Source of the DNA: Tricharina praecox
Taxonomy: Eukaryota
Direction of reading: 5' to 3'
Length of the DNA: 64,000 nt
Assembly: GCF_024521635.1 (NCBI RefSeq)
Contig: NW_026250418.1
Span: 558,001-622,000, forward strand
Under the pieces are notes generated by a model. It saw only the letters and a list, made by a program, of their open reading frames with translations. It was not told the origin of the DNA and made no database searches. Positions within the stretch are counted from its first letter, which is position 1; each line of letters starts with the position of its first letter. Shown in pieces: positions 13,223-27,282 of this stretch. The position numbers and the translations under genes were made by a program.

Positions 13223-14185
13223 TTACTGCTTCGGCTTCTGCGCAAACTCTACCCTCAGAACCAAATGGTCGTAGCCGTGACCATCCATCTTGGCGCAGGC
13301 CCTCTCCGCATCCCCACGGTCGGCATACGATACGAACGCAAAGCCCTTGGCCCGACCCGTCTCCCTGTCCTTCGCCAAGAACACTCTGGTGACCCTTCCG
13401 AAGCGCTCGAACATGTCGCGGAGGTCGTCCTCCTCGGCGAACTCGGAGACGTTGGTGACACGGAGGGTAGCGTCGTCCCTGTCGCGGTCACGACCACCAC
13501 CGAAGCCAGATCCACCCGGACCACCCATAGACTCTCCACTGCCACGTCCTTTGCCACGCAGATGGGGCGCGATGTAGGCACTGCCAGCCTTCTGCTCGAA
13601 GTCCGCACCGGTATCCGCACGGTCGGCTCCAGTGTCCGCCGCAGCGTCGTCCATCGGCGGCAGAGTGTCCTTGAACGGACACCTGGCGGTGAAATGGTCA
13701 CCCTTGCAGATACGACAAGCAACCTTCTTGTCGCGCAGCTGCTCGCGGAGGGTATTCTCCGAGGGGTCCTCCTCCTTCGAATTCGCCTTCCAGTTGGCAG
13801 ACGGACGGAAGACGATGTTCTCACCGACCGAAGTGGTGGAAAGATCCGGTCCGGGTGGGTGTCCCTTCTCGTCGCCGAACTTGGCCCATTCCTTGCGTTC
13901 GGCCACGCGCGGGTTGACGTGCTCCTTAACGACGGTGGTGCGGATCTTGCGAGTCGTCTTGATCTTCTTGCCGGCGTCGTTGAGACGGTACGTGATTACC
14001 GACTTGGTGCCGTCCGGGTTGGCGACGATCTGCTGGGGAGGGAGGGCGGTGGCATCGTCGAATTCTTCGTCATCGGCCCAGTTGGCGCGGGGAGGGTTGC
14101 TGCTGTGGCGGGGCTTTGCGTTAGCGGGATCGCCCACAGGCTTAGAGCCACCGAGGCAGCGGGAGCTTGCTTACTCGATAGCCAT
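13223..14185 (-). CDS. TIF35: Eukaryotic translation initiation factor 3 subunit g
   Basis: [18 protein letters not shown], zinc knuckle [15 protein letters not shown]-terminal RRM (TLRVTNVSE...KGFAFVSY); short first exon then a GTAAGC intron. Confidence 0.97.
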
Positions 14186-14478
14186 GATTGCAAGGGAAGG
14201 CGGGGCGAAGAGATGGATAGTATGTGGCGCTATTCTTCTTTGTCGTCGTTCGTGGGTGCTGCTGATGACGATCGTAGATGTAGGTAAGGTGGTTGTAGAT
14301 AAGGTGATGGTTTGGTGGGGTACAAGAAGGTGAGGGTGGTGGCTGTTCAAGGAAAAAGATTTTGTGATCTGTGTGACTATCACTATAACGTTCAGGGTAG
14401 CTAAGCGAGACAGACGAAGCGTGGAGGAAGGAAAGAACCTTTCTAAAATGCGCGAGGAAGCAACACCAACAACTGCCA

Positions 14479-16330
14479 ATGACGACAGCAATGAGGTCCT
14501 CTAAACTCTTCACTCGAGGTCTCCTTTCTCGTGGCCTCTCACTATCCTGTGCTGCCAGAATACTCCTCCGGACACCAAGTCGTAGCGCGCAATTGAGCAC
14601 CGCAGCTGCGCCAGTTCGGAAACTCGGACAGCCCACGCACGAAACACATCCGCACCTGCTGAAAGCCGGCGAAGGTAGGTTAATTCCGCTCCCGTATTCT
14701 CCACTATATTGACAATCCTACCTAGTAACCCCCGGCATAACTGCGATCGAATACGCCCTCCGCCGCTCGCAACTCGCCGCCTCTCTCCCCGAAGGTGGCA
14801 TTGCCGTGATCCCCAGCTCAATCATAAAATACCGGTCCGGACCCGTCTTCTATGAGTTCCATCAGGACCCAGATTTCTTCTACCTCACGGGCTTTCTCGA
14901 GCCCGAGTCCGTCGCCGTGATTGGTTCGTTCCCTGCTACGAAGGAGTGCTGTGGAGAGCTGACGCCGGCAAAGAAAAGACCGGGCCAGAGGGCGAACATA
15001 CATTCCACCTGTTTGTCCGCGGGAAGGAGGCGCATGCCGAGCTATGGGAGGGTTCCAGGACGGGGATCGAAGGGGCTATGGAGGTGTTCAATGCTGATAA
15101 AGTGCGAGCCACCTTGATGTGCAGCCGAGACTGTAAGCTGATAGAAACTCCAGGCCTACGACGTGGACCATCTACAATACCACATCTCTCCAATCATTCA
15201 GGCCGCAAAAACTGTATACGTCGATGTCCCTTCGCAGTCGCAGTCTCAACATACCGTATTCTTTGGCGCGACGAAGGGCACTACGCTCATCTCTGCGTTG
15301 GAAGGGAAACGGACGCAGCCACTGAAGCCGGCGATGCACCGCTTGCGAATCACCAAGTCTGGTGCTGAAGCTACTGTCATGCGGAAGGCAGGAAAGATGT
15401 CCGGGAGAGCGTACAACAAGGCTATGGCACAAGACTTTCTGACGGAGAAGGACCTTGCCTCTTACCTTGAGTATGAGTTTAAGGCCGGCGGTTGTGATGG
15501 GAGCGCTTATGTTCCGGTGGTCGCTGGTGGAGAAGTATATCTTCCGCCATTCATCTCTGTCGGTGTTGTTCTGACGGAACACCTATAGAACGCCTTGACG
15601 ATCCATTACACCAACAACAACAATATCCTTCGGTGTGTTTCCCCTCGCGCTGTCCGTCCACGCCGTCGCGTGCTAACCCTCAAACGACAGTGACGGGGAC
15701 TTAGTTCTAGTCGACGCTGGCGGGGTAAAGTGCGCCATCCCACCCGTTGTTTCCTACCAACTAACACTGTTAGCACTACGGCGGCTACGTAACTGACATC
15801 ACACGGACGTGGCCCGTCTCGGGCCGGTTCACCGCTGCCCAAAAAGACCTCTACAATGCCGTCCTCACCGTCCAACGTAACTGCGTCAAGCTCTGTCGCG
15901 CAGACGCAGGACTGTCACTGGACGAGATCCACCATGTCGCGGAGGACGGACTACGACAGGAGCTGTTGAGGCTTGGGTTCGACCTAAGCGGGAATGCACT
16001 GGGAAATGTTCTGTTTCCGCACCATGTGGGCCACTACGTGGGTGTAGATCTACATGATTGCGGCACGTATGGAAGGAGGGCGCCGTTGACGGCTGGCCAG
16101 GTCATCACGGTTGAACCGTATGTTCCCCTTCCCCATCCATCCAACTCAACTCCGTGCTGACCGGCTTCAGTGGTGTATATGTTCCCAACAATTCCCGCTG
16201 GCCAAAACATTTCCGTGGTATGGGAATCCGTATCGAAGACAGTGTCTACGTCGGCGAGGAGAACCCGATCGTTCTCTCGGTCGAGGCGGTAAAGGAGGTT
16301 GACGATATCGAGGCGCTGCGGGAGGAGTAG
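14479..16330 (+). CDS. ICP55: Mitochondrial Xaa-Pro aminopeptidase (M24; intermediate cleaving peptidase 55), about 8 exons
   Basis: Presequence; GQPTHETHPHLLK; FHQDPDFFYLTGF; LVDAGG-HYGGYVTDITRTWP; FPHHVGHYVGVDLHD; ITVEPGVY; GIRIEDSV. Confidence 0.92.
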
Positions 16331-16551
16331 ACAAAAAAGTATGCATAGTTGCAATTGGACGTGTAAGATATGTAGATACTCTACTACGATTTTGATAGAG
16401 GGGACGAGGCTGAAGTTTTTTGTTTGGTAATCGTAATCAGTGACGCACGCCTAATGCACAGGGTCCTAGGAGCTACCTACCCTGTATTTAACCCACCGCC
16501 TCACCAAGCCACCATCATAGTGGGGGAAGCTCCCACTCTCGAGTCTCCACC

Positions 16552-17187
16552 ATGGCCAGCTACGAAGACGACCACAACCTGCCGCGCACCCCGCGCGTCC
16601 CCCGGCGGCGACCAGCGCCCACCGTCGACCTCGACTCCCTCTTCACATCGTCGCTCCCCAGCGCCGCCTCCGCCTCGGCAGCCTTCCGCGCGCTAGCGTC
16701 AACCTACAGCACGCTCTCGGCGACGCACACGCCGCTCCTGGAGTCGATCCTGGACACTCTCACGCACGACGCGACGTCGGAGGTGCCGGCGTCCGGCGTG
16801 CCAGAGGGCTTTACGGATATGCTCGAGCGCGTGCCGAAGACTCGGTTGAAGGAGGCTGATACCTGTCCCATATGTAATACCCCGTTCCTCGAGGATAAGT
16901 TCCCGCTTGTGGTGAGGTTGCCGTGTCATAGGTTCGTACTCTTCTACCGGATGGCGGAGGGGGAAGGTGGAAGGGGGAGGGCGGGGAGAGGGGGGAGAGG
17001 GAGGATGCAGCTGACGTGCGGAGAGTAACTTAGGGATCATCTGTTCGACCTTGAGTGCATCGCGCCGTGGCTGAAGCTCAAGAGCACGTGTCCGCTGGAT
17101 CGGAAGGACCTGGTCAAGAAGAAGTCGCCGCCGCCGCCGCCACCGCAGGACGAGGACGAGGAGGAGTGGGATGATGCGTATGGTTAA
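16552..17187 (+). CDS. Small RING-H2 finger protein (putative E3 ubiquitin ligase)
   Basis: CPICNTPFLEDKFPLVVRLPCH|RDHLFDLECIAPWLKLKSTCPLDR after an intron near 16932-17033. Confidence 0.9.
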
Positions 17188-17678
17188 GGCTAAGGCTACC
17201 TAGGTGGAGAAGGGTTCGAGATGGATGGATGAGGAAGATGATGATACCTTGCTTGAATGCCTAGATGATAGATGATAGATGAGGATTTCACGGTTAGATC
17301 TGATCTGATGGACGACGACGATGGTGATGGCCCAGTTCGTATAGAGTAGAGTAAACCACTCCGTTCATCAATACATGATACGTACAAATCCATTCGGCTC
17401 ATTAGTTGCGTAAAGAAGTAATTACGATTAAACCTCCAAGCAAGCACACACATCCACATTGGAAAAAAAGAGAGAAACAATATATCCCTCAAAATACATA
17501 CAAAGAAGCCTCCCCAGCCGATCCCCAGCCCATCTATACCATCCGCTTTTTGAGAGACAATAGGAAAAGAAAAAGAAAAAAAAAGAACCATCGTAAATTT
17601 AATAGCATCAAAAACCGCCAAAAACAAAAAAAGAAATGGCAAGATTGGAGGGGGAGGCCCCCGCAGTTAGGACTTAGA

Positions 17679-20600
17679 TCACTCATAGTCGCCACCTCGT
17701 CGTCCACCGTTATTGCCGTTGGAGTCGCCCATCTTGACAGCCTCGAGGATGGCATCCTTAGCCTTCTCGAGACCGGCCTTGTCACCATTGAGGGTGATTG
17801 CCCCGTCGCCGCTACCGCCATTCCGATTGTTGTGTGGCACGGTGATGCGGCATCCGGTCTCGCGGCGGATACGGTCGACGGTAGAACCGCCAGGGCCGAT
17901 GACAAAACGGTATTTCCGTGGGTCGGGGAGGATCAAGAAGCCAGTGTGTGATTGTTTCGCGGCGGCGGCGACAGCCTTCTCGATCTCGGCCTTAGCCTTG
18001 GCGACATTCGCCGGGTTACTCCCACGAAGGACCCATGGATAAGTCTCCTCCTCGCCGGTGGAGGCGGAGTTCTCGACGATCTCCCAGAAGACGCGGTCCT
18101 CGTCGGCTTCGTCGGTGATGAGGGGCATGTCCTGGGCGGTCTTGGGCTTGGGGGCTTCGGGCTTCGTGGGTCGAGGGAGGCCGTTGTGGTCAACGGTCAC
18201 CTTGAACTCCCGCTGGAGCTGCTTGAAGAGGCCACCGTCGGCGATGGCATGATGAAGACGGCGGGGGACCTCCAAAGTCTCACCCTCGGGCTCCTCGGTC
18301 AATTCGAGGATGTGGGCCTTCGCATCCTCGACGGCCGAAGGCTCACCAGTAATGCTGATATCAGGATTCGTTTGGGGCTGTCCTGGGCGCTGGCGGGGAA
18401 TACCGAGGGTGACTGCGAACTTGGCCTCGAGCTCACGGCGGATGATACCCTCACGGCCGATGAGCTTCCTGTGCCTCTCGGGAGCGACCTGTATGACTTC
18501 GGTCACCTGGTTCTCCTTCTCGGCAACGATATTTTCGATGGCCTCGACGATCTTGTCGACGATGTCGGTAGAGCCTTGCACGACGATGTCGTTCGACTCG
18601 GATGCCTGGTTAGGGAAGCGGACCAAGCGAGCCAGAGCAGCGCGGTCATCGGGGCCACCGGCGTTAACGACGATATCCCTCAAAGTCGAACCTGCAACTA
18701 GTCAGCTACCTACACTAGACACCGGAGAAAAAAAGGAGAAGCATACCTCCAGGTCCAATCAGAGACTTGTGGTATTTCTTGTCAACACTAATCGTTCTTG
18801 CGGTGGTGTTCTCCGCATTCTGCGCAATCTTAGAGAGCACGGTCTTCGCATGATCAACATCCTTTTTGGTACCGCGAATTCTGATCTCGACTGTGCTCTC
18901 GGGATCCGAGTTCTTGTCCTCCTGAGGAATGATGATCCTGGCCGAAGTCTCTTCACGAAGGCGCTTAATGTCCTTGCTGGCGTTCTTGAACATGTAGCCA
19001 ACCGATTTGGCGAGCACGGTGATGGTGGCAGTGTGGTTGTTGTCGGCCTCGTACTTCCAGAGCTCGGTGATCTCCTGGCTAGCCTCCTGGGCGCCCTTTT
19101 TGTTTCCACGGATAATAATCTCATCGGGAGCCTGGCGAGGACCGTCCTCCTCCGACTTCTTGGGGAAGTTGATGCGCACGTTGTAACGCTCCTCCAGTCT
19201 CCGAACGGTAGAGCCCTCAGAGCCAACGATGACACCGTGGTACTGCTGGGGAACCTTGATGGTGATGACAGCCTTGTCCTCGAGCTCCTTGAGCTGTGCG
19301 TTCAGCTTCTTGCGTGCAGCATCGACGCAGACCCGGACACCAGTAATTTTACCGTTGCCCTCGTCCAGCCGGATTTCAACACCTAGGTCGTCTCTAAGCT
19401 TATTGATGTTAGATCCCTTGGAACCGATCAAGTTACCCGAGTACTGTCTAGGGTACTCGAATTGCTCCGTGATAACTGCAGGAGCATCCTGGCCCTCGGT
19501 GTCTTTCAAGAACGCATTGATGTTCGCAGCCATAGTGGCGACATTTCCAGGAGGTCCACGCAGGGTGATGGTGTTTTCAACACCCGAATCGGCCGCAGGA
19601 GCAGGCCTTCCAAAGCGTGCCGTAGGAGCACCGAACTGGACAAAGATCGAGGTAGGGTTGAGGGCATTGATGATTGTGTTCCGCTCACCGCGCAACTTGT
19701 CGTGGAGCTCTTGGGGGACTTCCAGAACCTTTTTAACGATCTCGACCTGACCCTTAGTAATCTCACGGATCCCTTCCTTCGCTTTCTCCAACGCTTCGGA
19801 GATCACAGCCTCATCAGTAGATGGACCTTCGTAGACCAAGGCAATCCTGTCATCCTCCGGGTCCTGTGGGAAAAGGATTTCAACAGAGGTTGCCGCAGAA
19901 ATCTTTTTAGGCCCCTTTCCGTCCTTTCCAAGGATGTGCTTGAAGTAGAGCGGCTCAACCTCCATCTCAGATATCCGCTTAGGTGTGTATGCGCCAAAGA
20001 GCTCCATGACAGCCTTTTTGGCTGTATTGACATTTTCCTTAGTCTTGCCAATGATCGTGATGAGGCAGGGCTTGGTCAAGTCGTAGAGAGTTTCTTGAGG
20101 GTAGGTGATGTCAACATCGCAATCTTTCTCAATTACCTTGTCCCGAGATGTTTTCTGGATATGCCGCACGACATCGATGGCATGTACCTTAGCTCCATTC
20201 GGTGCATTCTTGAAAGGAGTGCACAGATCGAGGGTGGCTGTGTTGTATCCCTCCAATTTCCGTAAAATGGCGCTCAAACCATCGGCCACTTTTGATGAAG
20301 GACCGACGATGAAGGCCTTAAAGACATTTGGAGGGGGAAGAATAACAGAACAGCCAGTCTCGGCGAACACCTCCCTGATGATTTGGTAGTTGTTTCTCTT
20401 GAGGAGCTGCGGCTCGTGGGAGTTAATGTCGGTACCACGGACGGGGTAGTCCTCGGCCTCTAGCGAGCTGATCATTTCCTTGATCTGGGCAACAACCTGC
20501 TCAACGGCCGACTTCTCACCGATCACCAGGATGGGACCAGAAGGCTCGCTGAGTTTTGGTGCTGGCGTGGTGGTGTGAAAGTAGTCTGGAACGAGAACTT

Positions 20601-21679
20601 TGTCCACAAGTTCCTCCCATTTCTGGATGTTGCTCTTATCTTGGCCCTGAATGAAAGGGTAGAGCTTCCCGGAGGCAGTGATTGATCGCGTAATCTTAAT
20701 GACCTGTTGGGAATGAAAGTCAGCAACTGCATTCTCGGTGGTTATGGTAGGGGTGAGCCATACCCGCTCCTTGACAATCTTTGTGATCAGCTCGGCGGCC
20801 TTCTCACATCCCTCACTGTCACCCTCAATGAGGACATCGATCATAGCCTCGTCCTCGTGCTCGGCAGCCCCCATGTCAGCGGCATCATACTGGGGAACCT
20901 TGACGTTGGTCAAGGTCTTCTGCTGAAGTTCCTGGATCTTGGACCCACCCTTTCCGATGATGAACGACCGGGTGACAGCAGGAACAGATACTGAACGGGT
21001 CACCTAACCACCAATCATCAGTTACAGCCTCAGATTATTAGTCGGATTTAAAACCAACCGTAGCTGTCAGCTCCCTCCTCAGCTCCCTCTTTGCTCTATC
21101 CCTATCATCTGCGGAGCTTCCCGAAATGACATATGTCGAGCTTCCTCTACTGATATTCGTAGCGACTTCAATCTTGGTCCCCGTCTTCCTCGCAATATCA
21201 CGGACCAGGTCCTGCTGCGACCTCCTCATATCCGCTGGGGCCCTACGGTCTCCCTTGAGGAGTGTAAAGACCGTTTGCTGGCCACCGGCGCTCTTTACCG
21301 CCGGAGACCAATTCGACTCCGCCGGTGCAGACGAAGCCGAAACCAGGACAGGGCCCGCACCGGCACCCCACTTGACGGGTGCGATGCTAGCCTTCGAGGG
21401 ACCTCCGCCGAGCGAGGGAAACGCACTATCCGAAGCAACGTCGATGTGAGTGGCCTCCCTATTCTTCTGGGGGGCTTTGCCGTGGTTCTTGTTCTTCGGA
21501 GCGGCAGCTTCCTCGGCGTCCGCTGCCAGCTGCAGGCGCTGCGCGGGAGTCAGGCTGGCGCTGGCTTCCTCTGTCTCCTCGACGGCGGCAGGGGCAGCAT
21601 CGGCTGGGATGTCAATGATGCTCTCGTCGACGGTAGCGGACACAACTTCGTTGTGCCCGTTGACTACGGATTCGGCCAT
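17679..21679 (-). CDS. SCP160: Vigilin-like multi-KH-domain RNA-binding protein
   Basis: Repeated KH GxxG loops (FIIGKGG, LIGSKGS, LIGPGG, LIGREG, VIGPGG); N-terminal AFPSLG; introns near 21004-21058, 20710-20764 and 18692-18747. Confidence 0.93.
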
Positions 21680-23043
21680 TGTGGATAGCGGCGGGTGGGG
21701 GGGGTGTGCGTCTGAGTGAAAGCCTTTGCGATTACAGACAACCTCTCCTTGCGGAGTGGGGAGGATGGAAAGTGTGTGTGGGTTTGGAGACGAGAGTTTC
21801 GGACTGGAGGGTGGGAGGGATAAGAACCTGAGTTGGTGTGTGCGAGGAAAGTTAGATTCGAGCTCTTCTGCCAAAAGCAATTGGGTTTCCCTCGGAAAAG
21901 GAGGAAGACGGACGTGGAGGACGGATAGAAACCTACACCTGTACGTTGGGACGGCCGTTATATAGGGGAGATTTTTGGAATGGAATGAGTATTGCGAGAG
22001 GAAAGGGAAAGAGAATAAGACGATTATTTGAGAAGAGATGTAGATGTGGAATGTCTCAGTCGCCAAGCAACGGCGCACACCGGCGAGGACACCCTGGCAG
22101 CTTACTGTCTTGTCGCTTGTTCACTCGATTGAGTACTGACAACTGTGGCAATTACCTATTGAGGAATCTGTTCACGCCGCCGTGCCGTAGTCTGCGGCCG
22201 AGAACCGTACTGGATCTCTGTCGATGTGGTCCTAGAAAGCATTTACCTGCCCACTCGAGTGCTCCATATATTTACTCGGATAGTTTTCTCCGGATTGTAT
22301 GTGAAGACATCGAGGGCGGAAACCCGAAACAGCGGGTCACCGCAGGAATTGAGCAAGCCGCAAACTCGGGATTCGGGTATCGATAGTTGCTCAGAATAGA
22401 ATTGCCTCTACTACACTTTAACCAAAAGAAAGCTCGGCGGTCTGTGGGTATTTGCAAAAGTTTGAGAGCTCGGACGCGGGTTTGAATTTAGGGACAGTCA
22501 CCACAGCACAAAACTCACACAGACCCTCACTGCCACCATCGTGAGTGATTTCAGACAATGACTGATCTCTATCCCGCACCGAGCCCCTTATTTACACGAA
22601 CCCCGCCCCCGCCACTGCTCGCCTTACGATCCGCAGACAAACAACACACAAACTAACCTTTGTTCATGAACAAACACGGGCAAGAAGATTTGCAGCAAAA
22701 AAAGCACCCCATCTGCAGATTGCCAGACGTGAGGACAGGTAAAACCCACACCCGGAGGAGACCGAGATCGAGAATGTTCAAAGTCCGTATCGTAAAAAAA
22801 AAAGCAGAGATGCAACTTTCACCCTTCTCCCCACCCACAACCACCCCCCCCCCCAGTGACCCCGACTAGACTGCTGTACAGGAATTGCCAGTGAATGATG
22901 CAGACAACTAAGCAGAAAAACACACGGAAAAGAGAAAACAAAGAAAAAACCCTCAAGTAATGAGGAAAAGGGAATTAATGATTCAAAAAAGAGTCGGAAC
23001 CATACTATTGTCTGTTTTGAGATGGGAGGTGGCTGTATTGCTT

Positions 23044-25356
23044 TCAAAGATAGCGTCTGCTGGGTCCCTTCGTTGGTCGACGGAGTTGCGTGAGAAGATC
23101 GTCGAGATCCTCCCAATTCTTGTTGTTGGTAGCAAACTTGCGATGTTGCCGCGATAGAGTGTGCTATTGAAAATTATGTTAGCCAAACCAAGCGAAATGG
23201 GACGAACCAGGCATCAACAAACCTCTTCGAAATCGTCAAACTTCTCTCGGCAGTTCTCACAGTAACCGGGCTTGGGCTCCGCCTTAGTCTTCTTCTTGAT
23301 TACCGGCGTCTCACGACTGCGCTCCGCCCGTTGATTCGTGCATCCAACATCCTCCTCTACCGGCTTGAGCAATTTCGAGCGTCCATCGACATCCCGTGCC
23401 TTGGCCTCGTTTTCGGCAGCTCTCGCGAGGAGATCGGTCGATCGTCGTGCCATATTGGCAGACTTCGCAGCTGGATTACCCATCAAAACGTTACCAGCTA
23501 CTTTCCTGTGCAGTGCATGGATTTCCTTGCTAGTTCCAGCACGGTGGCCGGGCTGGTCTTGGTGAGAGGAAACCATTTGCGAACGGATAGCAGAAGTAAC
23601 ATTGGATGGCTGCACACCAGATGCGCAAGGTTCAACATTGGAGCGACGGCCAGCTTGGGACGCGGACTCGTTCGTGGCGGTAAAGGCAACAGTGCCCTCG
23701 AGGCGAGTGCCGCGTTTCGGGGCCTCAATGGCGGGGCGGGCAGTGGTAGCCTTGCCATTGGCAGCGTTGAGCTCGGCAAGGATACGCTTGCTCCTGCCGA
23801 CGTAGGTTCGTGGTTTGGCGGGCGATCGTTCCTTGGGAATGGCCGCCTCTTTGATTGATTCGACCTGCTTCTGGCGGTGCGGCTGCTGCTCCGCCACCTT
23901 AGACACAGGCTTAGCCTCCTTTATCAGCTTGATGTCCTTGCGTGCCTCTGCCGTAGCAGCAGCGACCTTCGATCGCTCCTTCTCGGCTGCCTTCGGCTGC
24001 TCGACTTTCTCCCTAACAATGCCTCGTTCCCTATCCCGTCGCTGGTGAACTGCCTCTTCGATGAAAGGGCATTTTCCTCCACTGACACTCCGGAACTGCG
24101 GCCACGTGCCATCCTCCCGTCGCTGCACTTTAGGATACTCCCGCACGATGACAGGACGGTTGATACCAAACATGTCGTGGATGTAGATGTAGGGTCCTTT
24201 CCAGTAGTGCAGATCTTTGGCAGCCACATTAGGGTCACGATCCGTGGGACCGTGGAGTCTCTCATTGCGCAGCAGATGTGAGAGGTCGACATTGGGCTGT
24301 GTCTCCACGTACTTCGAGTGGGTGGGTGCATCCCGACGGCTTGGGGCCGTCAACGAAGGTCTCTCGGCGGGGAATCCGAAAAGCACATTGAGTACGCGGT
24401 CAAGCTTTTCGGTAGCCCAGATCTTCATACCATACTCTCGTGCTTTGAGTAAGATATCGGTTCCACCACCACGTGTACTCTTGCGCTGATCCGCCCTCTG
24501 ATCTATCAACGCCGGATTGACAGTGGTTCGCGAGTTCCATTTAGCAGTCGCAGCGTAGGAGTTGTCGTACGGTAGGGTACGGTTGGTGATCAAATGGGTG
24601 ACTTTTGCCGAAAAATATTTCTCACACGTCTGTTCATCTCAGTTTTAGTCTTCCCCCACATGGGAAAGATGACCATGAAAGCGCTTCAGGACGGCTGGCT
24701 GCACTTACCGCTCCCAAGGTCGAAATCTGCTTCTGTGCCTTCAACAGGACATCCTGCGGAATGCTCTCAAAGAAGAAAACATATGCTGGAAAAGCCTTCC
24801 TATAATGCTTTTGCCAGGCTCTCACATCCAACGTCTGCTGGTCGGCACCGGGTGCTTGAGGTATCTGCTGCACAACAGCCTTTGAAGCCTTACGAGCACG
24901 CTCGGCGTGGGAGGTGGAATCGATTGCGAAGGGAGCATCCGGCTGAACTTTACGCCCACGACCGGCGATATCGACAAAAGGCGGTGGTGCACCCGTAGTA
25001 GTAGCTGGACGCGTAGAGCGAGCGGGTGCCCTCTTGGAAGGGTTGTTAGCTTTTGCAACAGCATTTTCTCCACCACCGGCCCCGGGTTCGGCACGCGAAC
25101 GACGAACAGGCGTACGTAGGATCGCCGGGTTGATGTCGACGGCCTGTTTTTTCGGCGGGGGTTGGCCGAAGGAGGCGTCCTTCTGTGCGCTCTGGGACCG
25201 CGAGCGTTTGGTGGAGGCCGCTGTCATCTGGAACGGAGAGTTGATCGCGTTGGGGTTGTTGGTGAGGGGTGCCCTCCTGGTCGTAGTCGTTGTCGTCGTG
25301 TGCGTCGTCATTGCAGCCGTAGCCTGTGGAATGGACGACACTTGTGTGGCCATCAT
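23044..25356 (-). CDS. DBF4: Cdc7 kinase regulatory subunit Dbf4/Dfp1/NimO
   Basis: WQKHYRKAFP (motif N/BRCT), YIYIHDM...VREYP (motif M), KPGYCENCREKFDDFEE|HTLSRQHRKFA (Dbf4 zinc finger completed by splicing). Confidence 0.93.
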
Positions 25357-26680
25357 CGACCGAGTGACTGCCGAAATTGAAGGAGCGAGTGGGGTGTTGT
25401 GAGCGACGAGAAAGTCCTATCTTCAAAGGCCTCCTCTTTTCTGTTGCGGGTCGAAACGAACTTCACGCGTGAACCATGCTTAGGAGACACGACCACAACA
25501 ACAATCACAACAACAACGCAGGGACGATCCGAGCCACGAATTGGCGATCGTTTTTCTACCGAGAAGGGTGTTTTGTTGTTTTTTTGGGTTTCAATCAATT
25601 AAAGAGAAGAAGCCTGCAGTCCAGAGCAAGCGTATGAGAGAACGGAAGCGAAATAGAATGCGAAGGAGAGGGAGAAGAGAAAAGAAGACGGGAGGGAGAG
25701 GGGTGGTGTCGAAGAGGGTTGGTGATTCCCTTCCGCTGGGGGGGAAGGAAGGGAAGGATGTTTGCGAGTGTTGGTTGGGATGGGGTCGGTTGGGGTCGCG
25801 CGATGGGGTGGCTCTTTTGGTGGTGGAGGTGATTGTCAGAGTGGATGTGTGGTGTGGACACAAGACAGAGGCAGCCAGGACTCTAGAATAAAGATTGGAG
25901 GACGGGCGAACCGGAAATGGAAAGCGGAAAGACTGTAGTGGCTGGGCTTTGGCTGACGGGGGAGAGGGAGGGGGGTTAACTTCTGAGCGTTTGGTTGGCT
26001 GGATGGTTGTCTCGGGGAACGGTTTTGTTTGTTTTCATGTTGAAGAAGAAACGAAACGAACCCGATGAAGAAGGATTGGCGGAGCAGCGCAACAACATAG
26101 CTGGAATCCCGAGTCCGAGTCCGAAGTAGGAGGCTTCGTTCGTCTCCGACACGTAACCGCTCCAGATACGAGACACCGTCTACGTAAAGCGTGAAGTTAT
26201 GTTTTTGCTTCGTTCACGTGACTACGCGCGGCAAATCCTCCTTTCGAAATTTCATTTCACGCACACACACCAAAAAAAACGCGACAGCGGGGCACGGCTG
26301 GGCACAGGTGGCGCGAAGGCTCGGCTCGGCTGTGCTGTGTTCCGGGGCCCAATGCCGAATGACGTATGAGAGCAACGGCTTCTCTCGTCGGCATCTCAAC
26401 AACAACCTCCGAGAAGCCGAGTGAGCAATCCCGAGCCGATGCGGATGGAGTGGTATTCCGTCGCGATCGCCGGCCTGGCCCGAATCGAAACCTAATTTGC
26501 CGCTGATGCTGGTGGGTGGTGATGACGAAATGGATTCCAAATCCCTGTGGCAGTGCCGGTGCATCTGCTCCACCATAAGCCCCACGTTACTCTACGATAC
26601 AAATACTTAGGCAGGCGTACTCAACATCGCACCAAAGGCAGAGAGAGTAACTCCGACTCGAATATATATATCCCACGCCG

Positions 26681-27282
26681 ATGCACTCTTTTGTAACCCG
26701 TCGTCTTCTACACTACCGAAGCATCCGCCCCATCATCACCATCAATACTAGCACTCGCTTCCTTCCTACATCCATGGGCACCAACATGTCCACCTCCGCC
26801 CCCGACACCTCCAGCTTCCCCGTTCAAAAGTCATCGAGCGAATGGCGCGCCATACTCTCTCCCGAGCAGTTCCGGATTCTCCGTGAGAAGGGGACCGAGC
26901 CCCCCGGGAGCGGAGACTACAACCACCACAAAGCTTCCTCCGGAGTCTATAACTGCGCCGGCTGCGACACCCCGCTGTACAAAGTCACCACCAAGTTCTC
27001 GAGTGGATGCGGGTGGCCGGCGTTCTTTGAGGGTATTCCGGGAGCGATCGTGAGGAAGGAGGATGGCATGTACGGGATGAGACGCACAGAGATTATGTGT
27101 GCGAACTGTGGAGGGCATCTTGGGTACGTTTCGTGATGCACCGGTGTGGGAGTATGATGGCTGATCAATACCGCAGACATGTCTTCAAGGGAGAGGGATT
27201 CGATACACCGACGGACGAGAGGCATTGCGTCAACAGTGTCAGCTTGAAGTTTAAGGACGACGGTGGGGAGGGGAAACTTTGA
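26681..27282 (+). CDS. MXR2: Peptide methionine-R-sulfoxide reductase MsrB
   Basis: EWRAILSPEQFRILREKGTE, CAGC, SGCGWPAF, RTEIMCANCGGHLG|HVFKGEG...ERHCVNS; intron 27124-27176. Confidence 0.96.

Noticed and set aside
17667..17681. SCP160 stop followed by TCT AAG TCC TAA (cryptic PTS1 by readthrough)
   Set aside because: SKS is not a PTS1 and TGA-T is not the TGA-CTA context
21680..22078. N-terminal extension of SCP160 in the ORF track
   Set aside because: Starts at a non-ATG codon and has UTR-like composition; MAESVVNG at 21679 is the more credible start
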